Assembly: GCA_964016885.1 (NCBI GenBank)
Contig: OZ024740.1
Coordinates: 304,110,001-304,174,000, forward strand
Origin: Eledone cirrhosa
Lineage: Eukaryota
Length of the DNA: 64,000 nucleotides
Direction: 5' to 3'
A program made the position numbers and the translations under genes. Positions 22,501 through 36,424 of the stretch are shown here, piece after piece. The stretch's first letter is position 1, and each line of letters begins with the position of its first letter. The notes below the pieces were generated by a model. That model saw nothing but the letters and a program-made list of their open reading frames with translations. It was not told the origin of the DNA and did not search any database.

Positions 22501-25500
22501 CTGAGCATTCCACAGACACGCTTACTCTTAACGTAGTTCTCAGGGAGATTCAGCGGGACAAGGATGACCCTTTGAATTACAGGTACAACTCATTTTTGCC
22601 AGGAAAGTGGACTGAAGAAACATGAAATAAAGTTTCTTGCTCAAAGGCACAACGCATAACCGGGAATCGAACTCACGACCTTACGATCATGAGCCGAATA
22701 CCCTAACCACAAAGCCTTCACGCTTTACCTCTGATACTACAGAACTCACCATTGCTAAGTTATTATTATTAACTACTGTGTAAAGCTGGTGGAGTGGCGG
22801 AATAGAAAGAGTTGTGTGTTGGATAAATAGATCTTTCTTAAAAGCCGTGGCTTCGTGCCAACGTAAGAAACCATTATTAACTAGTGTAGACATGACTGAC
22901 TACACGCTATATGACAGAGCAAAATCCAAATATTTTCAGAAATGGAGAAAGCTTTGTTACTAGTATGTATTTCTTGACAAATAATGGTGGAACGGTGGAG
23001 ACACCAGAACGCCGAAGTAAACGTGCTGTTTCGTCTCTATACTCTAAGTATAACCCTCATCCAAGTCGATTCTGCCTTTCATACTTCGATATCGGTAAAC
23101 CAGTCATAGACTAAATTGGGGCAATTGGCTTTATTGTAGCCCTCCTCCTCCTCCTTCTTCTTGAGCGGTTCGTGCGGCAGAGTCCCCAAACATTCCTTCC
23201 AGCGGATCCTGCCAGAAGCATCTATTTCCAACCGATCCGGCTGGATCCCCAATCGAAACCAGCCGAGTTCATGAATGTTTTCCAACCATTTTGTAACAAA
23301 TTATTTGCTACTGTTCGGGTTGCGTGTTGGCAGAAACTGTAAAACGCTAGACTAAATGCTTTACAGTGTACAGTGTTTTGAATTCAAATCTTATGCCTTT
23401 TATTTCTCACGTTTTAACAAGTGCCATTAAAATACAGCCAAATCTCCTTCAATTCACACCCTACTTTCTTAGAAAACACACCAAAAAACACATTGGATAA
23501 TGTGGTCATGGGTTCTTTGCAGATAGAAAAAAAGACAGGATGATTACGTCTGAAATGCATCTGATCATAAAGGTCTACTCGATCGGTGTCTATCTAGAAC
23601 TAAAACCCAACAACAACAAAACAACTTATGTGGAACCATAATTTAAGAATTGCTGTATCATTTACTATTGTTGTATTTGTTGTCAGGGATAATAAAGAAA
23701 GACAAGAATGAATGAAGAAAAGAATTGTTTTCTTATTGAGACTTAGGGGTAGGCTATACTGAAAATGGATGAATAGACCATGTGTTTTAATGACACTGGT
23801 TAAAACATGAGAAATAAAAGGCATAAGATTTGAATTCAAAACACTTTCTTCATTCAGTCTTCCCTTTCTTTATTATCCCTGACCACAAATATAACAATAG
23901 TAAATGATACAGCAATTCTTCTTCTTCGCCGCCCACTTTTTCCTAAGAGAGTCGTGAGGGCAGAGTCCTCCAACATTCCTTCCAGTGGATCCTGTCAGAA
24001 GCAACCATTTCCAACTGATCCGGCTGGATCCCCAATCGAAACCAATCGAGTTCACGGATGCTTTCTGACCATTTTGTAACAAATTATTTGCTACTGTTGG
24101 GGTTGCGTGTTGGAAGAAACTGTAAAACGCTAGACTATTTGTGGTCATGGATAATAAAGAAAGGGAAGACTGAATGAAGAAAGGATTTTTTTTTATTGAG
24201 TATCATTTCTAGTTAACGTACGTATTTATTCATTACATTAACCAGTTTTTCTTGATTGTCGCTTTGAAAGGAGTGTCATTTTAGTCAAGCCATCATTTCT
24301 AAGGCTATCATATTATTATTCTCGTCTGGATTTTAAAATGTTCTTCAATTTTATTTTTATAGAACATTTAAAATGTTGTTCTAAATAAGAAGTTTCATCG
24401 AACTGGACGAAAAACTTGTTAATTCTCTAAAAATAAAAATGAAAATACAATTCTTCCTTTTAATGGATTTATTGTTTAATGTTAAACACAACACACTATT
24501 GATATAAACTAATAATAAATATACCAGCAGATCTTTATTTGAAAGCGATTGTTACCAAAGAAGTTCAAATTATTTCAAAAGCTAAAACTATTTTCTCATT
24601 TTCATTTTCCTCGTCAAAAAGGGTGGAGTGAATTTTATTTAGACAAAAAAACAAAACAAACAACAACAAAAAAAACAAAAAAAAAACAACCTAATTTTTT
24701 GTATAAATTTTCCCAAGTATGATATTTAACGACATTGGTGACTAGAGTTATTCACAGTCGCAAACTATGACTCAGCAAGAAAAAAAAAGAACAACAACAA
24801 CAACAACAAAAGGATAATCTAACTTTGAAAACATCATTTTATTCTCTTTATGAAACACATCAATAAGCATCAGACAACAAATATCATATGGCTATATTTA
24901 GAGACATTCTTTTCATCGAGATAACTACATAGAATAAAGGGGAGCAGCAGTGAAGCTACCCCCGACTTAACATGACAGAATAATTTACATAACAAAAATA
25001 CTACACTGAAATACTGTTACAGTCAATTAACTTCGGAAATATCGAACACACACAGCATTGTTTCCAACTAGAAGTTAATTAGGGATCATTGTCCTTGTGG
25101 TAAGGAAGAGAAGGGACCTACCTTTGAGATTCCACTCGAGTCCTGACTAAATTTTCCTGCGCGGGTATAACCCTGTTTTACGTCCGGCCAAAGAGTATAA
25201 CGAGTCTCTCACATGCATGTCCAAACGTTACCGCTTCCTAACCAAAGAGCGCGTGAAATGCCCACGAACTCTGATGTCATGTCACTGGCCCCTCGCTTCC
25301 GGCAAACTAGTCCCACAGTCCTTTACGAAAAAAATCTTACACATCACTTCTCATCCAAGATGATCCTCTTTGCAGCACTCTCGGTGAAAATACCCCTACA
25401 TCACGGCATGTTTTCAACATAGTTCCCTTCACAAATTTCTATCTGTGCTTTCAGTTTCGTCGCACCAGCCGAACAGGGCGATTGGTCTAAACAGCGTCCC

Positions 25501-26499
25501 ATCCATTCCTCTCGAACGGTGTACTACATTCTCGTGATGCTCATGACTTCTACAATCCCTCTGAGACAGTTAAGGTTGATGTGATGCAGCTGATGTTTAG
25601 TTTGGACATCTCTAAATCAGTATCTCCAGGCAAAAAAAAAAAAACGAAAAAAAAAAAACAAAAAAAATACATTCGTGGGATGGGAATTCTAGAAGGATGA
25701 CATTTAGGTGTGGAAGAATTGGAAGTGGTTAGTGGAGAGCCCGGGAAGTAAAACACGGCATGGGTGATGACAACAGTAAAAGACGAGTGTGGCGAGTGGA
25801 TTAGGGTGGAGTTGACATGCAAGATATGTGCTGATGAGTGAGTCGCTGCTAATCAGTCACGTATGTTTATTTTGCGTACGATCTGTGATGTTTGTATGTA
25901 TCGTCAGCGGCTGCAGCGACAGCACGGTTTCAAATATTGGAACTGTATTCCATTGTGGGTCTTAACTTGACATTGTAGATAGTCAGTAGCTGATCAGAGG
26001 TGAAGTATTTTCTGACCCCGAAAAGAAAGGATAGTCTTCGAGATGCAACTGAAAGTGAGATTACAAGGAAAGATCATTTAAAATTATAAGATCTAACATT
26101 CGTAACGTCTTAGAGGGTTTCAGTGTAGTATTATAGTTAACAATACTATATTAAAAGTTTAATGAACAACAGTTATACAATGATGGAAATATTTAAAAAA
26201 TACCCCCCCCCCCCCCCCCCCCAAAAAAAAGAGGATAAAAATAAAATTAAGTAACGAAAAAAGGAGGAAGGGGTAAAGAAGGGCAGATTTGGCTGTATAG
26301 TAAAGGAAAGGACTATAAATGCCATAAATGAGAGGAAAAGGAGGGAAAAAGCAAGGACTATTAGGCAACGGAAGAAAGAGAGAGGTAAGGGAGGGTGACA
26401 GACTACACGGTGACCGGTGCAAAGAGGAAGCGGCCCGACAAGCTCCGGTGTTTGTTTGTCTGACCAAGACTGAGAATCGAGAGCCTTTGTACTGTTGAA

Positions 26500-28000
26500 A
26501 GAAACAAAATTGTCATGACCCTAAAAACGTTTTGCAAGGATTTTCTTTCTCTAAGAGAATATACATTAAACAGATTGCATGCAAACGACTTCGGAGTGAA
26601 GAGTGTTCTCACTTGCATTGAAATGTCCATTATTAGAGTTGATATGAAGCAGGTCGTTATGTTGTTTTATTTTTATTGAACACGACAAAATTTACTGGAC
26701 ATATTAGAATTAATAGCAAAACAGTCATGCATTTCTGCAATCATGTGCAATGGTGTTACTTTGGCCGAACGACTCAATAGCGAGGAGTAATATAGAAGAG
26801 AACTCTATATCTGGTTCTTTGACAGCTCCACCAATGATTACGATTCCTTCCATGACATTTGTGATCGCCTTCTTTGGGATGGGGCATATTATACAATACA
26901 TCCAAAGAGCGGAATAAAACAATGTAGAAAGAAAATAGATGAAGAGTTAGACGAAGATAGGTACTAGCTATGGAGTACAATAGATTAAAGAGTTAGACGA
27001 AGATAGGTACTAGCTATGGAGTACAATAGATTAAAGAGTTAGACGAAGATAGGTACTAGCTATGGAGTACAATAGATTAAAGAGTTAGACGAAGATAGGT
27101 ACTAGCTATGGAGTACAATAGATTAAAGAGTTAGACGAAGATAAGTACTAGCTATGGAGTACAATAGATTAAAGAGTTAGACGAAGATAGGTACTAGCTA
27201 TGGAGTACAATAGATTAAAGAGTTAGACGAAGATAAGTACTAGCTATGGAGTACAATAGATTAAAGAGTTAGACGAAGATAGGTACTAGCTATGGAGTAC
27301 AATAAATTGAGAGTTAGATTAAGACATGTGCTAGCTATAGAGTACAATAGATTAAAGAGTTAGACGAAGATAGGTACTAGCTATGGAGTACAATAAATTG
27401 AGAGTTAGATTAAGACATGTACTAGCTATGGAGTACAATACTTGAGAATACTGGAAGAGATATCAGGGACAATAGCTTCAATGGTTTGAAGCAAACAGGT
27501 GTGCTTTTACACTTGGTGAGATGTAATGGTAAGACTGACGGAGTATAGAATGAAAATTTTGGAGGAGTGTGTGCTGAGGCATTGTGGAGTTAAATGCAAA
27601 ATGGACAGAAAACGATGAGTGGAGCTGAAGGAATACAGGGTCATCTTGGATAAGGAGTACTGGGTAGGAAGATTCGCACAGTTGGTAGAGATCTTGGCGT
27701 GAGAATAGAAGAACCGATTATAATTTGAGAGGCAGGAGAGTTTGCAGGCTGTGGATGTACAAAGGTATATTTTGTTTTCCAGATAGAAATCGTGTAGGAG
27801 TTTCGGTAGATGAGTATCTCCAGGTGTTGTAGCATCGTTCTTCGCCCGTTTATCTGCGGTGCAGATGCCTGTGAACCTCTTAGAGCATCTGGGGTTATAG
27901 GATTTAGTTGTATGAGAGGGGAGAATGGACATGTCTAAGAGGATGGTTTCGGTTAGTGATGAAATACATTCACTGCAATGAACACTCCGACAAGTTAGCT
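26500..28000 (-). mobile_element. Highly decayed CR1/L2-like LINE remnants
   Basis: PIPKK-type RT motif near 26870-26890; similar decayed pieces at ~25550-25900, 29690-29900 and 49380-50740. Confidence 0.45.
26942..27440. repeat. 46-bp minisatellite, ~10.8 copies
   Basis: Unit AAGAGTTAGACGAAGATAGGTACTAGCTATGGAGTACAATAGATTA. Confidence 0.97.
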
Positions 28001-28127
28001 GACATGAAATATCACATTGGACAGTAAGTGAATGCGCGACGAGTAATCTTGACGTGTGGTCAGAAGATTCAATCGAGTATGCGGATCATCATCATCAACA
28101 TCACCTCTCTCTTTCTCTCTCTCTCTC

Positions 28128-28168
<41 letters not shown>

Positions 28169-29391
28169 ATTTCTCTCTCTCACCTCCTCTCCCTTTTTCT
28201 TACTCTCCCCCACCTCTCTCGTTACCTTGACTGTCACTATGGCTTCCACAGAGTCAGATCTACCGGAGATTTACCCCTATGTACCACTCACCAGTGGTCC
28301 GTCGCCATTGAAGGCTTGAGAGAACACAATGTTGTTGCAAAGCCTTCGACTGTATTTGGCATGAACGGGGTTGGCTTAAGACCATCAGAAGCCCTAAGAC
28401 TCTAACTACTGAGAAGATTATAGTACTATTATATTCTGTATATAAAACAACCCTTCCAGACAGTCTATTGGAAAAAAATCACTCTATGGGGCTCTTCTTT
28501 ACTGAAGGATCTAAGCACGGACTTATATTTCTTAATAGGCACGAGAACCTCTTATCAAATATATCCGCGTCTTATTTCTTCGAAGTGGAATCATCAATGC
28601 ACCATTCATAGAATGATTTCTCTGCAACTCGTAGTCTATAGTCTTGTGTAGTCAAGGTTCAGTAATGTATTCCACTCTCCTTCTAACAACAAATATTATT
28701 AGAGTGTTGAATTGGCAGTATCGGTAGAGGGTTGGACGCCATGCTTTCTAGCAAAGTTACGTCCCTTTACAGTCTGAGTTCAAATCCCGCCGAGGTTAAC
28801 TTTGCCTTTCATCCTTACGGGGTCGATAAAATAAAGTACCAGTATTGTACTGGGTAATTGCTGGCCTTGTGCCTAAAGTAGAAACAATTATTAGAGTGCC
28901 AACACTGCCGGACGAATAAGCAGCCTCAGACCAACAGCGGTAAACTACTAGGGGAGACAGAGCAATGAGTGACAGCTGTAGCTTCCAAGAAAACTCTCAC
29001 AGCCCAATGACGTAGCAGAGGCGGTGGAAACATTTCTGAATTGGGGAGCCAAATTTGGACAATTTAGTTAGTTTAGCTTTTTGCACTCGAAAATGGTCAG
29101 AAAACATCGATATGCGATAAACACAATATGTACATAAATTGTAGTGCATATCCAAATAGATGTATTTTGATAGTTTGGGGAGAAAATATAATTATTGGAG
29201 GAGGGGGGGGGGGGGCATGCCCCCTCCCCCTAGTTACACCGCCACTGTATATGTATAATTAAAAAAGAAATATGCTCTGTGCCCTTTCCTAAACCTTAAG
29301 ACCCTCTTCCTGCTACTTCAAGCGTTTACCTAATATATTCCTTCGATATACTGTACCGGTTGTGTTTACCTTTCAAACACACACGCACGCA

Positions 29392-29453
<62 letters not shown>

Positions 29454-31254
29454 TACACAATTACAATTTTGTCATCGGGAGGAGAATTTGTGTTTAAATA
29501 AGAACATATTCAGTTTGACTTGATGAGCGCCACTGTAGGGTAGACACGTGGTCTGGCAAGCCGAATGTGTGATCTGGTTTCGATTGTAGGTTGAAATCAA
29601 TTCCTTTCCTTCACTTTTGATAGAGAAAATTCATTTATTGACCTTCTGTTGAAAAACATTCTCAAAGTAAAAGGATTTTAGGTAATCTAGTTTGGGAAAC
29701 GATTTAGTGTCGAGTTTGTGGAGTTTAAGTGGAGAAGAGGAATGCCAAGTACATCGACGGGATTTGGGTGGAGTGGAGGAAGATTGTTGAGGAACAGAAA
29801 CCATCGTTTTAGCCATAGAAGAGAGAAGGGAACTGAACGCGTGTTAGTCCAGAAATGGAGAACCTGCGACCTTCTATGCAATTCTGTGCTGCCTTTTGAA
29901 AGAATAAAAAATTTCCTACAAACCTTTAATTTTTATTAATGTTTTCGTCTATCTCTTATTATTTTAATTTATACCATAAGAAGAACGTTTTTTAAATACC
30001 AAAGAATAAAAGAAAATTCAACGAAATAATCCATACTGACAGACAGCCAGAATTTAAAGCTTAGTAGATCATAAGGGCCGTTTGTTTCAGCACTTTCTAC
30101 TCTCAATTTTAGTTCTAATGCTATTCTAGAATGTACATTAAATTCCCGATTGACTTCGTTTTTTAGAAAATTAGTACATACTAATTAGATTTTTACAAAA
30201 TAATATAGATTTTAAGAATATATAATTAAAGTTTCTTGAATGCAGCCTTATTATATTACAAGTAACTTAATGCGGCATTTCAACATGAAAAGGTTCCTAA
30301 CCTCTGTTTTAGTGAATAGTTGTAGTCGATTGTCATCATGGATAAAAACACCTCATACATATTCTACACTTATTTTTTATTGATCTGTGTAACTTAAACT
30401 ACTCTCGGGTCTCGAATAATCGTTCCCACCCCACTTATTAATTTTTGAGATATTTTTCTACCCTCAGCCACCCCCATTGATTATATTTTACTAATCTATC
30501 TCCGACGAAATTCTATTTTAAGTGGTAGCATTCCTGCGACAACTAATTTTCTTTAGACATTAAAAATACATTATACATAACAAGAAAGTACATTACAAGA
30601 AATCCCAAACGTTATAAAATATATAGGATGAGTTGGGGGGTCTCAATATGTAAACTAAACGACTAATTCTGGTTTTTAAAAAAAACAAGACAAGCTAGAA
30701 AAATTACCAATTTCCACCACCCTAATATCTGGGACCCGAGAATAACAACAATATATTATTGAACTAGTTTTAACAATGCAATCAAGGCTTACGTTTTAAT
30801 GTCTTCATCATTTTCACTACAGCTTCGCCTGCGCCTAGTAATGATATTTCATAATTTAAGCATAAGGCCATTTGGACGGAGTCGATTATATTAACCCCAG
30901 TACTTTACTGGTACTTAAATTTATCGACCACGAAATAATGAAAGGTAAAATTGACCTCGGTAGGATTTGAAGCTGGAGCCTGGAGAAATACCGCACAACA
31001 CTTTTTCTTGCGCGCTCACGATTCTGCCAATCCACCAACAAGGATTTCCAATATGAGAAATAGGTCAGCTTTCGTAAGACAGAAGTATAATCGATTCAAT
31101 CAATTACAATATATTGCTGGAACCTTACTTTATTGATACCTGAGCAAAGTTGATCCTGGCTACATCTGAAATCAGACGATAGAAAACTAAATCTAAACAT
31201 ATAAGTTATCGAGTGTAACACTTCACCTTTCTTAGAAATTACCATAGTATACAT

Positions 31255-31295
<41 letters not shown>

Positions 31296-31298
31296 CTG

Positions 31299-31379
<81 letters not shown>

Positions 31380-31381
31380 TG

Positions 31382-31427
<46 letters not shown>

Positions 31428-31449
31428 CTTTGTTTTTTAATTTGTTTTG

Positions 31450-32620
31450 CAAGATTTCTTATCTGAAAATGTGTGTTGAAACATATTTTTTATGGAGGGT
31501 CATGCTGCCAATAAAAACACACGCACCTGATGGATTTCACTTCAATTTATTATAAATATCCGGTTGGTAGGTTGGTTGGTTCAATAACCGGATGGTTGTT
31601 TATATATTGTCAAAGCTCTTTTGCCACACATTCTGTGACCTCCTCAGTGACTGGTTTCTTATTTTGTGTCTCTCCTTTGTTCTGTCCTGCACCATCTTGA
31701 TTTTGTGTGTTGTGCTGTTTGTTTGATTTGCGCATGCGTTACATCCGGGTGTGTATGTAATTTTATTTAGTTATTTATGTGTTTATTTACTTTTCACTAA
31801 TTGGTTGTTTGTTCTATCTCTGTGTGTCTGGTTTGTTTTATTAGTTTGGTTTTTGTGTGTTTCTCTATGTTTTCATTTTGTCCTTAATTACTAGTTGTGA
31901 TGTTGCTATTCCACTCATGTTTTCTGTTTAATTTTGGTTGGAGTTCGTTTATGTTTGTCGCCTCTGTAATTTGTCTGATCATTGCATCTTTTCTGTATGT
32001 TGATATAATTTTTATCTCTATGTTCTCTAATGTCCCCCTATGTTCTATTTTGACATGTTGGTGGAGCACTGGTCGGTTTTTCCTACCCCGGAGTTCTCGC
32101 CAGTGTTCATTTATCCTTTCTCCTATGCTACGGATTGTTTCACCTATGTATGTTGTGTTCTTATTCCTACACTGTCCCTCAGTACATCTTATAATATATA
32201 CTACGTTTCTAGTTTTGCAGTTAATTTGTGGGCTTAATTTGCAGACTATGCATTCCCTATCAGTGCAGCACTTTTTTTTTTTTTTTTGAAAATTAATTAG
32301 GGCCTTTATGGGAATACCTGGGCTTTCAACTATGCTAATATTTAATTTTGGTTTGTCTAGAGCATTTATAAATCCGTAAGCTAGTTCGCCTCTGTGGGTT
32401 GCATTGACGAACATTACGCTCTGGTATTTATTGAGTTGACTTTATTGGTCTTCTTAATTCTTTCTATCTTATTCCAAAATTTGCTCCTATATATGGGGCA
32501 AGTTCCATTTGCATCGTTTTTTTACAATCTTTGTCCATTTGGCCTTGACTCCTTTATATACTCTGATCCTATCTCGGTGATTGTAGCCAGAGAACTGCAT
32601 GCGGTGAATGAAGTGTTGTA
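31450..32620 (-). mobile_element. Penelope-like element (Neptune-like), 5'-truncated, with GIY-YIG endonuclease
   Basis: ORF 31884-32414: C-x-C..C linker, NVVYIIRC..YIGETIRSIGERINEH; upstream PIYRSKFW and FVNATHRGELA; hammerhead-like motif 31609-31651; ends next to a (TA)/(CA) tract. Confidence 0.88.
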
Positions 32621-33175
32621 TGTGTCTCTCTAATTGCTGGCGGTGTTAATGCTAGAAAGAATTATTAGCATTCTGTGTAAGACGCCAGCAGTGTTGACTG
32701 AAAGTCTCACCAACTTGGATACTACCGGAAATATTATCTTCCTCCTCCTCCTTTTTTCTTGAGAGGGCCGTGGCGGGGTCAGTCCTCAAACACTCTCAGA
32801 AAGTTAATTGTTGCAGGAATGCTACCACTTAAAATAAAATTTCGCCGGAGATAGATTAGCAAAATTTGATAAGCTAGGATGAGGAGGTTGATTTGAAACA
32901 AATATTAAACGGGAGGAGACGATGATTCGTGACCCGAGAGTACTTTACAAATGTCACCTGAAAAGGAATGGTCACCAGAAATACTAAATTCTTATCTTAA
33001 ATTGTCTTGTACCAGAAATAATAGGACACTATATATTGAGAAAACTGGGTGTAGATGTCGAAACGGTACAATGCAAAAATAAATACCTTGGAGTATTTCA
33101 TTACATGCTACCACCTAAAATAATATTTCACCAGAGATAGATTCGGGGAGAGAGGGGGGGGGGGGGGTGATTATT

Positions 33176-33715
33176 CTAGACACGCCCATTCGAAGGAGGT
33201 AGATCCCTCATCTGGGACGCTTCGGACACAAACCCCGGTACCACGGCCCTCCTCGCAGAGGAACGGAACATAAACAAATACCGGGGATTGTGTGGTCGCT
33301 TCCTCTTCGCACTAGTCACCGTCGAGACCTCTGACGTACTTGGATCCCGTACAGCCGAGCTCCTCCACAAGATCGGAACGTCGGCGGCCTGTCTGAGGAG
33401 GGAGCCCCGCGAGGTGGGGTGGCTGTTGCAGCTGGTGTCGTATGCCATTGTCCGTAGAAATGCTTTTGCGGTCTTGTACGTGGGGCGCAGACCCTTTACC
33501 GCCGCGCTCTAGGCCCAGAGCCCAATCATCCTCCCCTTCCCTCCTTCCCATTCTTCTGTAACACTAGAATCCTTGCTATTCCCCACCTTTCCCGTTTTTT
33601 CTTTCCAATTCTCTTTTTTCTCTATATTTTCCTATTTTACATTCGATTCTTAATCTAAATTTTCTTTTTTCTTTTTCTATTAAACTGTATTTCCGTGATA
33701 TATTCCATAAATAAA
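33176..33715 (+). mobile_element. CRE-type non-LTR retrotransposon 3' fragment, family B
   Basis: RPFEGGRSLIWDAS..KYRGLCGRFLFALVTVETSDVLG..LLQLVSYAIVRRNA; decayed copy at 53995-54195. Confidence 0.8.
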
Positions 33716-34689
33716 ATGTCTCATATACATGTACAAGATTTCAGCAATATATACCTCAGTGTGTTTTGCTGCTGGAAAAATAAATAAAACTAAACTAAAT
33801 TCGACTGATAGTGTGTCGTGTGACATTAGGAAGTATCGTACTTTCAACACATTTTCAATGATACGATCTTGTTATATAATTACGACTATGTTGAATTTAA
33901 TCTTTACACCTTTACGTGTCTTGTACTGAAATTTCAACTCCTTATATTTCTATTCAGTTATGCAATATGATTCACTAGTTTGAAATATCTATTACTGCAA
34001 ATCGACCGAAACGCTTTGTCACGCGCCAGTTTTCAATGTATTGTCACCGTGAAAACAGTCTTTAAGAATTGTCAAGTCATTGCCTTTTAAAAGTTATTTG
34101 AGCACAGCGTTCATATTACACCAGGCCGAAATTGTTATTTAGCTTGCCGTCAGTCATATTATCAAATACCTTTCAGTCATAACCACGCCTTGTTTTTTGT
34201 TTTTGTTTTTTTTTCCAGATAAGGATCGAATGGATTGTTGTCGGTTTCGACGATGAAAGTTCCAATTGTTCGATTGTTCAATCAACGAAACATCCTGCTC
34301 AATAAATTAACGCGCAAGTGATCAAGTATCTATAAACACGTGTACCTTTAACGTAATTCTCAGATAAAGTATAACAAGATTACATTATCCGTCGTATATT
34401 TCTTTATTTAAGACGGAATACTGATTTAAGTAATATTTGGCTGCGATTTCTAGCAGTTTGTGAAACTATTTAAATTCATATGAAGTGTATTTCGTATCAA
34501 GGATATTACAATTTTTAACGAGGATCTACTTAATCCAGTATCAACAACGTTTTAAGACAAAACCGGAGCTTAACTCTAATTTTGTATCGAGTAACCATCT
34601 CAATATATTAGACCTAATTCATTGAACATCAGTGTATGTATATACAAGTAAAAATAATCGCCATCATTTGCAATTACCGTCTGACATCG

Positions 34690-35200
34690 TTTAGGAAGGT
34701 CCATAATTCCATCCACGTAGAATTTTTCTGGCTTCGATGCAAAAAATTCTGTTAGTCACTGATTAGCACCTCTTAGAACCATTGGTGTAGGGTTTACATA
34801 TCTCTGCTATCCTCCAGCTGATGTAATCAGTAGAGTCCTCTTTCAGCTTCCATATATGGCTGGAGAGCTTAGTCGAGTGCTTTTTCTCCTGTTTTCGGAA
34901 CGACACCGCATGGTTGTAGCGTTCTTTAGACTGTCGTTGCGTATGACCGACTTACCGTTTGTGATTGGTGGTGTGGTCTGGGCTTTGTGATTTCACTATT
35001 GCCACGTAAACTATGGGCTCTGTCTTACATGCCCTCTTTAGAGGACACGCATTTCTGATCCTACATGAACAAGTTAGGTAGTGGTGGCTTACTGGTAATA
35101 ATAAATTTAATGTTGGGCATTGTGCTAAAACTGACTTTAAGGTTATGCCTGTTAAATAGTTTCCTGTAAGGGAAAAGGGAGGCGTGAACCAAATTGTTCT
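34690..35200 (-). mobile_element. Penelope-like GIY-YIG remnant of a second clade (Naiad-like)
   Basis: Manual translation: LFNRHNLKVSFSTMPN..CPLKRACKTEPIVYVA..KERYNHAVSF..STKLSSHIWKLK..WRI..KPYTNGSKRC, with stops. Confidence 0.75.
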
Positions 35201-36424
35201 TCGGGCTCTGTTTTTTTTTTCGCCTTTGCTGGCCTAGGGTTAATTCTTCCACACATTTTTTCTTAAACTTAACTAGAAAACACTGTCACATAAATCTGTG
35301 TATACCCTACATATAAACACCACACACACTCTTACTCCCATATACACCACAGAGAAGCGTACTAAACTTCTTTGCGCTTAAATTTGGTGCCAGCAAAACA
35401 GCACTTGTTGAATATCAAAGCTATCACCAACTGGGCCGTAAGTTTACAAAAATAAGAAAAAAATAAATAAATAATTACATTTACTATCCTACATTTATCC
35501 CTTGTAAACGGAATTAGTAACTTGACACTTTTAGACCAGTGACTTACTTTCACCACCTACTACTAACAAGCCGTAATCCCCACCTCTAGCCTGCCTCATG
35601 TCACGTGCCATGGGCACCACTTGGACCAGGAGCACTTTCTATTAAAGTCAGATAGGTTATCGTCGGAGAGTGAAAAAAGAAACTGTCTTTGATTATCATG
35701 GGTGATAAGCACTATGGTGGCTGGATCATTAAACAAACCATTTATATAAATTATGTTTGGACAGGGATGTAATTTCACTGCTTGCCATAGGCGCTAATTT
35801 CTCTAGCTACGACTCTGCTAATGTTATGTTGAACTCATTTTTTCGAATATATTCATTTCCGGAAAAGTTAGACCTGTTCTTCTAGTAAATGTTTTTTCTT
35901 TGTTTTATAGAAATTACCCAGTACATTACTGGTACTTTATTTTATCGACCCCATACGGATGAAAGGCAAAGTTAACCTCGGCGGGATTTGAACTCAGTCT
36001 GTAAAGGGACGTAACTATGCTGGAAAGCATGGCGTCCGACTATCTACCGATACTGCCAATCCCCGTCTTATTAAATAATTGTTTCTACTTTTGGCACAAG
36101 GCCAGCAATTACTCAGTACATTACTGGTACTTTATTTTATCGACCCCGAAAGGATGAAAATTAATAATGCAACTTCTATAGTCATGCTTCTTATTAACTT
36201 TAATTCAGTACTAGCAGAAATGAGGATATAATCTTGATATACTCTGATTCCATTAACCCGTTTCCATACAGTTCTAAAAAGCACCACTTGAACTCTTAAG
36301 GTACATTTGAAGTCTGTTCACAAAGTACAGACCATTAGTTGTATTAATGGAACAAATACACCGTGCATTCTCAGTTAAAGGCATTAACATGCTTTGAATC
36401 AAGAATTAAAAAAATATCTTGCGC

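Noticed and set aside
22911-22925. Loose ARE ATGACAGAGCA (also GTGACTGAGCA in the SINE at ~3429)
   Set aside because: The degenerate RTGAYnnnGCA pattern is expected several times by chance in 64 kb.
24310-24440. Possible further hammerhead/PLE end (CTGGACGAAA)
   Set aside because: No CUGANGA box or stem I could be assembled.
26942-27440. CRISPR-like array
   Set aside because: Units are contiguous with no unique spacers, there are no cas genes and the context is eukaryotic.
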